A stretch of DNA of 64,000 nucleotides from a virus. The stretch lies in IMG/VR virus record IMGVR_UViG_3300048903_000225; one strand, written 5' to 3'. The notes beneath the pieces are model-generated. The model was not told the origin of the DNA, did not search any database, and saw nothing but the letters and a program-made list of their open reading frames with translations. Every line of letters starts with the position of its first letter. Within the stretch, counting starts at the first letter, position 1. Below, in pieces: positions 61,352 to 64,000 of the stretch. A program made the position numbers and the translations under genes.

Positions 61352-62302
61352 TTATGCGTAGAGGAGCTGGACAAGAACATCGTTCGCGGCAACCGCGGTT
61401 GTGTCGCTGTCAGCGAAGGCGCCGGTAATGGCGATCGAGATTCCGGAAGAGAAGTAGAGTCCAACAGCTGCCACAATCGAGGCCAGATCGGCCTTGGAAT
61501 TGGCTGCAATCGGGATAGTCAGCAGCGGCGTGTCAGTTCCAACTGTGGGAGCCGTCGCCTTGTTATAGAGCTTCACGAACTTGGTAGCTGCGCTGGTATT
61601 GAAAAGGATGCCGCCATAAATCCGGCCGGCGGTGGCCTTCACGTTGTTGGCGTTCGTGGTCGCAGCGGATGCCAGAGAGTAGCGAGTGAGCGCACCGGCC
61701 GTGCTGCTGGGGCTGGTTGCCAAAATGGCTGCGCCGATGACGTTGCCGCCACCATTCAGCACGGCACTGACCGTGGCCTGCCCTGGAGCAACGATCTCGT
61801 CGATGAGATAAACCGAAGAAGTGATGCTTCCCGAGGTATAGGCCGAGACCCTCACCCGAATGTATCGGCATAGCGACGCGATGAAGTACATGCCGGGCGC
61901 GCTGGCCCCGGTGGTCGACGTACCGCTTGCAAGGCTGTTGCCTGTGACAGTCGACCAGTTGACGTTATCGTTGCTGCCTTCGAAGGTGACGGTTCCGACA
62001 AAGGTGCCGAGAATCTGGACCGAGACAGCCGCAAAATTCGTGGTGTCAGCCGTGAAGAGGATCGCATTCAGCGCGGCACCAGCCGTGGTTGTGACTGCGG
62101 TCATGTCCACGCCACCGCTCGCGGCAAGGATACCGGCAAGGCTGGTGTTTCCGGTGTCCTGTTTCGCCGCGGTGGACAGCGCCGCGCCGCCCGGCCCCTG
62201 CGCGCGGTGAACCGGGATTTTGTCGGAGGTGCCGCTCTGCTCCGTAACGAGCGTTTGGGCGGTCCCATCGGCGTCAAGAACTTTGAGAAGAACATCGGCC
62301 AT
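61352..62302 (-). CDS. Ala/Thr/Ser-rich beta-structured virion-associated protein
   Basis: Start MADVLLKVLD; composition typical of structural or decoration proteins. Confidence 0.6.
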   Translation of the reverse strand: MADVLLKVLDADGTAQTLVTEQSGTSDKIPVHRAQGPGGAALSTAAKQDTGNTSLAGILAASGGVDMTAVTTTAGAALNAILFTADTTNFAAVSVQILGTFVGTVTFEGSNDNVNWSTVTGNSLASGTSTTGASAPGMYFIASLCRYIRVRVSAYTSGSITSSVYLIDEIVAPGQATVSAVLNGGGNVIGAAILATSPSSTAGALTRYSLASAATTNANNVKATAGRIYGGILFNTSAATKFVKLYNKATAPTVGTDTPLLTIPIAANSKADLASIVAAVGLYFSSGISIAITGAFADSDTTAVAANDVLVQLLYA

Positions 62303-62901
62303 CAGATCACTCCCAAATAGCCGGACCACCGGCGTGCGTTGAAGCCGAAATTGGCCGAGCTGTCTACCGTGTTCGGGAATACGCCGAACGAAAGATTGTT
62401 GCTGTCCGACTGGAGGCTAAGCCACTGGCCGGCAACGGCAATACGCCCCCATGCCATTGTCATCGGCGTGCCGACGGCGGTGGTGTTCTTGTTGACGGCA
62501 AGATATTTGGAGGCATCCGGATCGTCAACACCCTTCATTTTTGGGGATTTCATGAAAAGGCCGATGATCCCCTGCGCGATCATGAGGCCGCCGCTGATGA
62601 TCAGCGGAATACCCCACGGCGTGGAGAGCAGAAGAACACCCGCAACCACGAGGATCGTCCCGAGGATGATCGAACCGAACTTGCCGCCACCGCCGTGCAT
62701 CGCCGGCATCAGGTGGACTGCTTCGGCATAGCTTTTGAGCTTCTCGACGGTGTCGAAACCGACAACATCAACCAGCATATCTCGCGGCCAATTGTCCTGC
62801 TGTCGAGAGAAACCTTCGAGCGCCTCCGCCACGGTAGCCGCGTGCATGACGGCCTGACGACCGTACAGCTCCTGCAGCTTTCCGTGGAAGATCAGTCGCA
62901 T
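62302..62901 (-). CDS. Tail assembly protein I-like
   Basis: LIFHGKL...HLMPAMHGGG, TM hairpin, GTPMTMAWGRIAVAG. Confidence 0.85.
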   Translation of the reverse strand: MRLIFHGKLQELYGRQAVMHAATVAEALEGFSRQQDNWPRDMLVDVVGFDTVEKLKSYAEAVHLMPAMHGGGGKFGSIILGTILVVAGVLLLSTPWGIPLIISGGLMIAQGIIGLFMKSPKMKGVDDPDASKYLAVNKNTTAVGTPMTMAWGRIAVAGQWLSLQSDSNNLSFGVFPNTVDSSANFGFNARRWSGYLGVI

Positions 62902-63224
62902 GCAATCACCAATCCGTCTTCGACGCGGTAGCGAAGGACCGTCGCCTTGCCGTTGCGCCAGCCGACGATGCTATGCTCCAAGTCCGGCCATCCGAGGAAC
63001 CCCGAATAGTCTTCACCACTCAAATTCGGATCCGTGTCGGGATGCGTATGCCAAGTCCCGGCCACCAATCCTTCCTCGACGAACGGAAGCACGCTGAGCG
63101 GCGACATTTGGTAGCCCAGCGTCTTGTCAGCGGCGACGTTCTCGACTTCGATGATCGTCCCATCCTTGAGGATGAGACCGCATCGCTCGTTCGTTTCACC
63201 CGGTCGGAGGAAGGTTTCGAGCAT
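62892..63224 (-). CDS. JAB/MPN domain protein (gpK N-terminal part)
   Basis: ERCGLI...WHTHP...LSGED. Confidence 0.85.
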   Translation of the reverse strand: MLETFLRPGETNERCGLILKDGTIIEVENVAADKTLGYQMSPLSVLPFVEEGLVAGTWHTHPDTDPNLSGEDYSGFLGWPDLEHSIVGWRNGKATVLRYRVEDGLVIACD

Positions 63225-63675
63225 TCAGCAATTCCGCGATAGTGACATCCGGATATACGGGCCGCATATCAGGGACATCAGGATGACGAAGCACGTAGCA
63301 GGTCGAGTTGCGCCAGAAATCTCGGAACTCCTCCTTGCTCGACAGCCGGCCGTACAGGTGATGGAGGATATCACCATCACCGATGTTGATGGAGAAGTGG
63401 TTCGGGTTGCTCTCGCCGATCGCCATACACAGAACATCGGCCGGACGCAAAGTCTTCGGCTTCCAGTCGGTGATCATCTCGAAACCCTCGCGTTCGTAGC
63501 AGAGTCGCATGAGATCGAGCTTGTCGGAGGACCAGCCCTCTGGACGCGCGTAGTTTCGGATCTTGATGCCGAAATTCACATCATAGAAGTTGCGGAAGAG
63601 CGACAAGCAGTCCTGCGTCCCGAAGATCATTGGGTTTCCCACAAGATGATCGTATTTGAGATCTTCGATCTTCAC
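63196..63675 (-). CDS. NlpC/P60 tail tip protein (gpK C-terminal part)
   Basis: GTQDCLSL, PADVL, NHFSI..GD..ILHHLYGRLS. Confidence 0.88.
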   Translation of the reverse strand: MKIEDLKYDHLVGNPMIFGTQDCLSLFRNFYDVNFGIKIRNYARPEGWSSDKLDLMRLCYEREGFEMITDWKPKTLRPADVLCMAIGESNPNHFSINIGDGDILHHLYGRLSSKEEFRDFWRNSTCYVLRHPDVPDMRPVYPDVTIAELLNARNLPPTG

Positions 63676-64000
63676 ATCTGCACCGAGGGGAAGGCCGGCG
63701 GCAGGAACTGACGGTAGGGCAGGGAGAAGCCCATCGAGTCCGAGACGGTGGCAAGCTGGAGGATGATCTGGGTGCGAGAATACTGCTCGACCCGCTTGAC
63801 CCGATAGGTCGTGACCTCGCGGATCAGTCGGTCGTTGATCAGGTTATCGAGCAGAACGGTGATCTTGAGGATGATCGCATTGTCGAGATAACCGTCGTAG
63901 ATCAAGGCCTTGAACTGCGACAGATCTATATTGTCCTGACCGATCTGGAGTTTCGGCATCGAAAGGCCGGTGTCGGAGGTCTTCTTCTCACCGCTCAGCG
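63672..64000 (-). CDS. Minor tail protein L-like (5' end lies beyond window)
   Basis: Frame open to window edge; PKLQIG...LPYRQFLPPAFPSV. Confidence 0.7.
   Translation of the reverse strand, partial: LSGEKKTSDTGLSMPKLQIGQDNIDLSQFKALIYDGYLDNAIILKITVLLDNLINDRLIREVTTYRVKRVEQYSRTQIILQLATVSDSMGFSLPYRQFLPPAFPSVQM

Larger units (their letters stand above)
1..64000. mobile_element. Segment of a tailed dsDNA bacteriophage genome (siphovirus-type tail; likely alphaproteobacterial host)
   Basis: Gene-dense with ATGA/GTGA overlaps; contains replication, nucleotide metabolism, lysis and lambda-like tail modules; no host housekeeping operons; no integrase seen in window. Confidence 0.95.

Overview
A 64-kb internal segment of a GC-rich, probably lytic, long-tailed (siphovirus-type) dsDNA phage genome. 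The host is likely an alphaproteobacterium, inferred from a permuted two-piece tmRNA with an ANDN...LAA tag. No integrase, repressor, capsid, terminase or primase gene is visible in the window. Plus strand, 1-39 kb: two copies of a structured non-coding element, a dense run of small early ORFs, rIIA/rIIB, a C5 methyltransferase-like gene, ATP-dependent DNA ligase, two nucleotidyltransferases, class II RNR (NrdJ), two HD hydrolases (YfbR-like and Mesh1/SpoT-like), SF2 helicase, an RNA cluster (two-piece tmRNA, an unassigned T-loop RNA, tRNA-Met), flap exonuclease, family A DNA polymerase, resolvase, DEDD exonuclease, MazG-like protein, SbcD and dUTPase. An inverted lysis cassette (GH108 endolysin, holin candidates, i/o-spanin) sits at 39-41.3 kb, followed by SbcC, ThyA and a dATP/dGTP diphosphohydrolase. 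Minus strand, 45-64 kb: tail module (SGNH-containing fibre, J-like tip, Dit, tape measure with an M15-like peptidase, I, split K, L) in a non-lambda gene order. The best candidates for new biology are: (i) a phage-borne permuted tmRNA with an adjacent double-T-loop RNA and hybrid tRNA-Met, near a small alarmone hydrolase, phosphoesterase and CCA-like enzyme (possible translation-rescue counter-defence module); (ii) the covarying structured repeat at the left end; (iii) a ~50-aa mini-protein made of PolA motifs A and B. All functional calls come from motif recognition by eye; no database searches were run.
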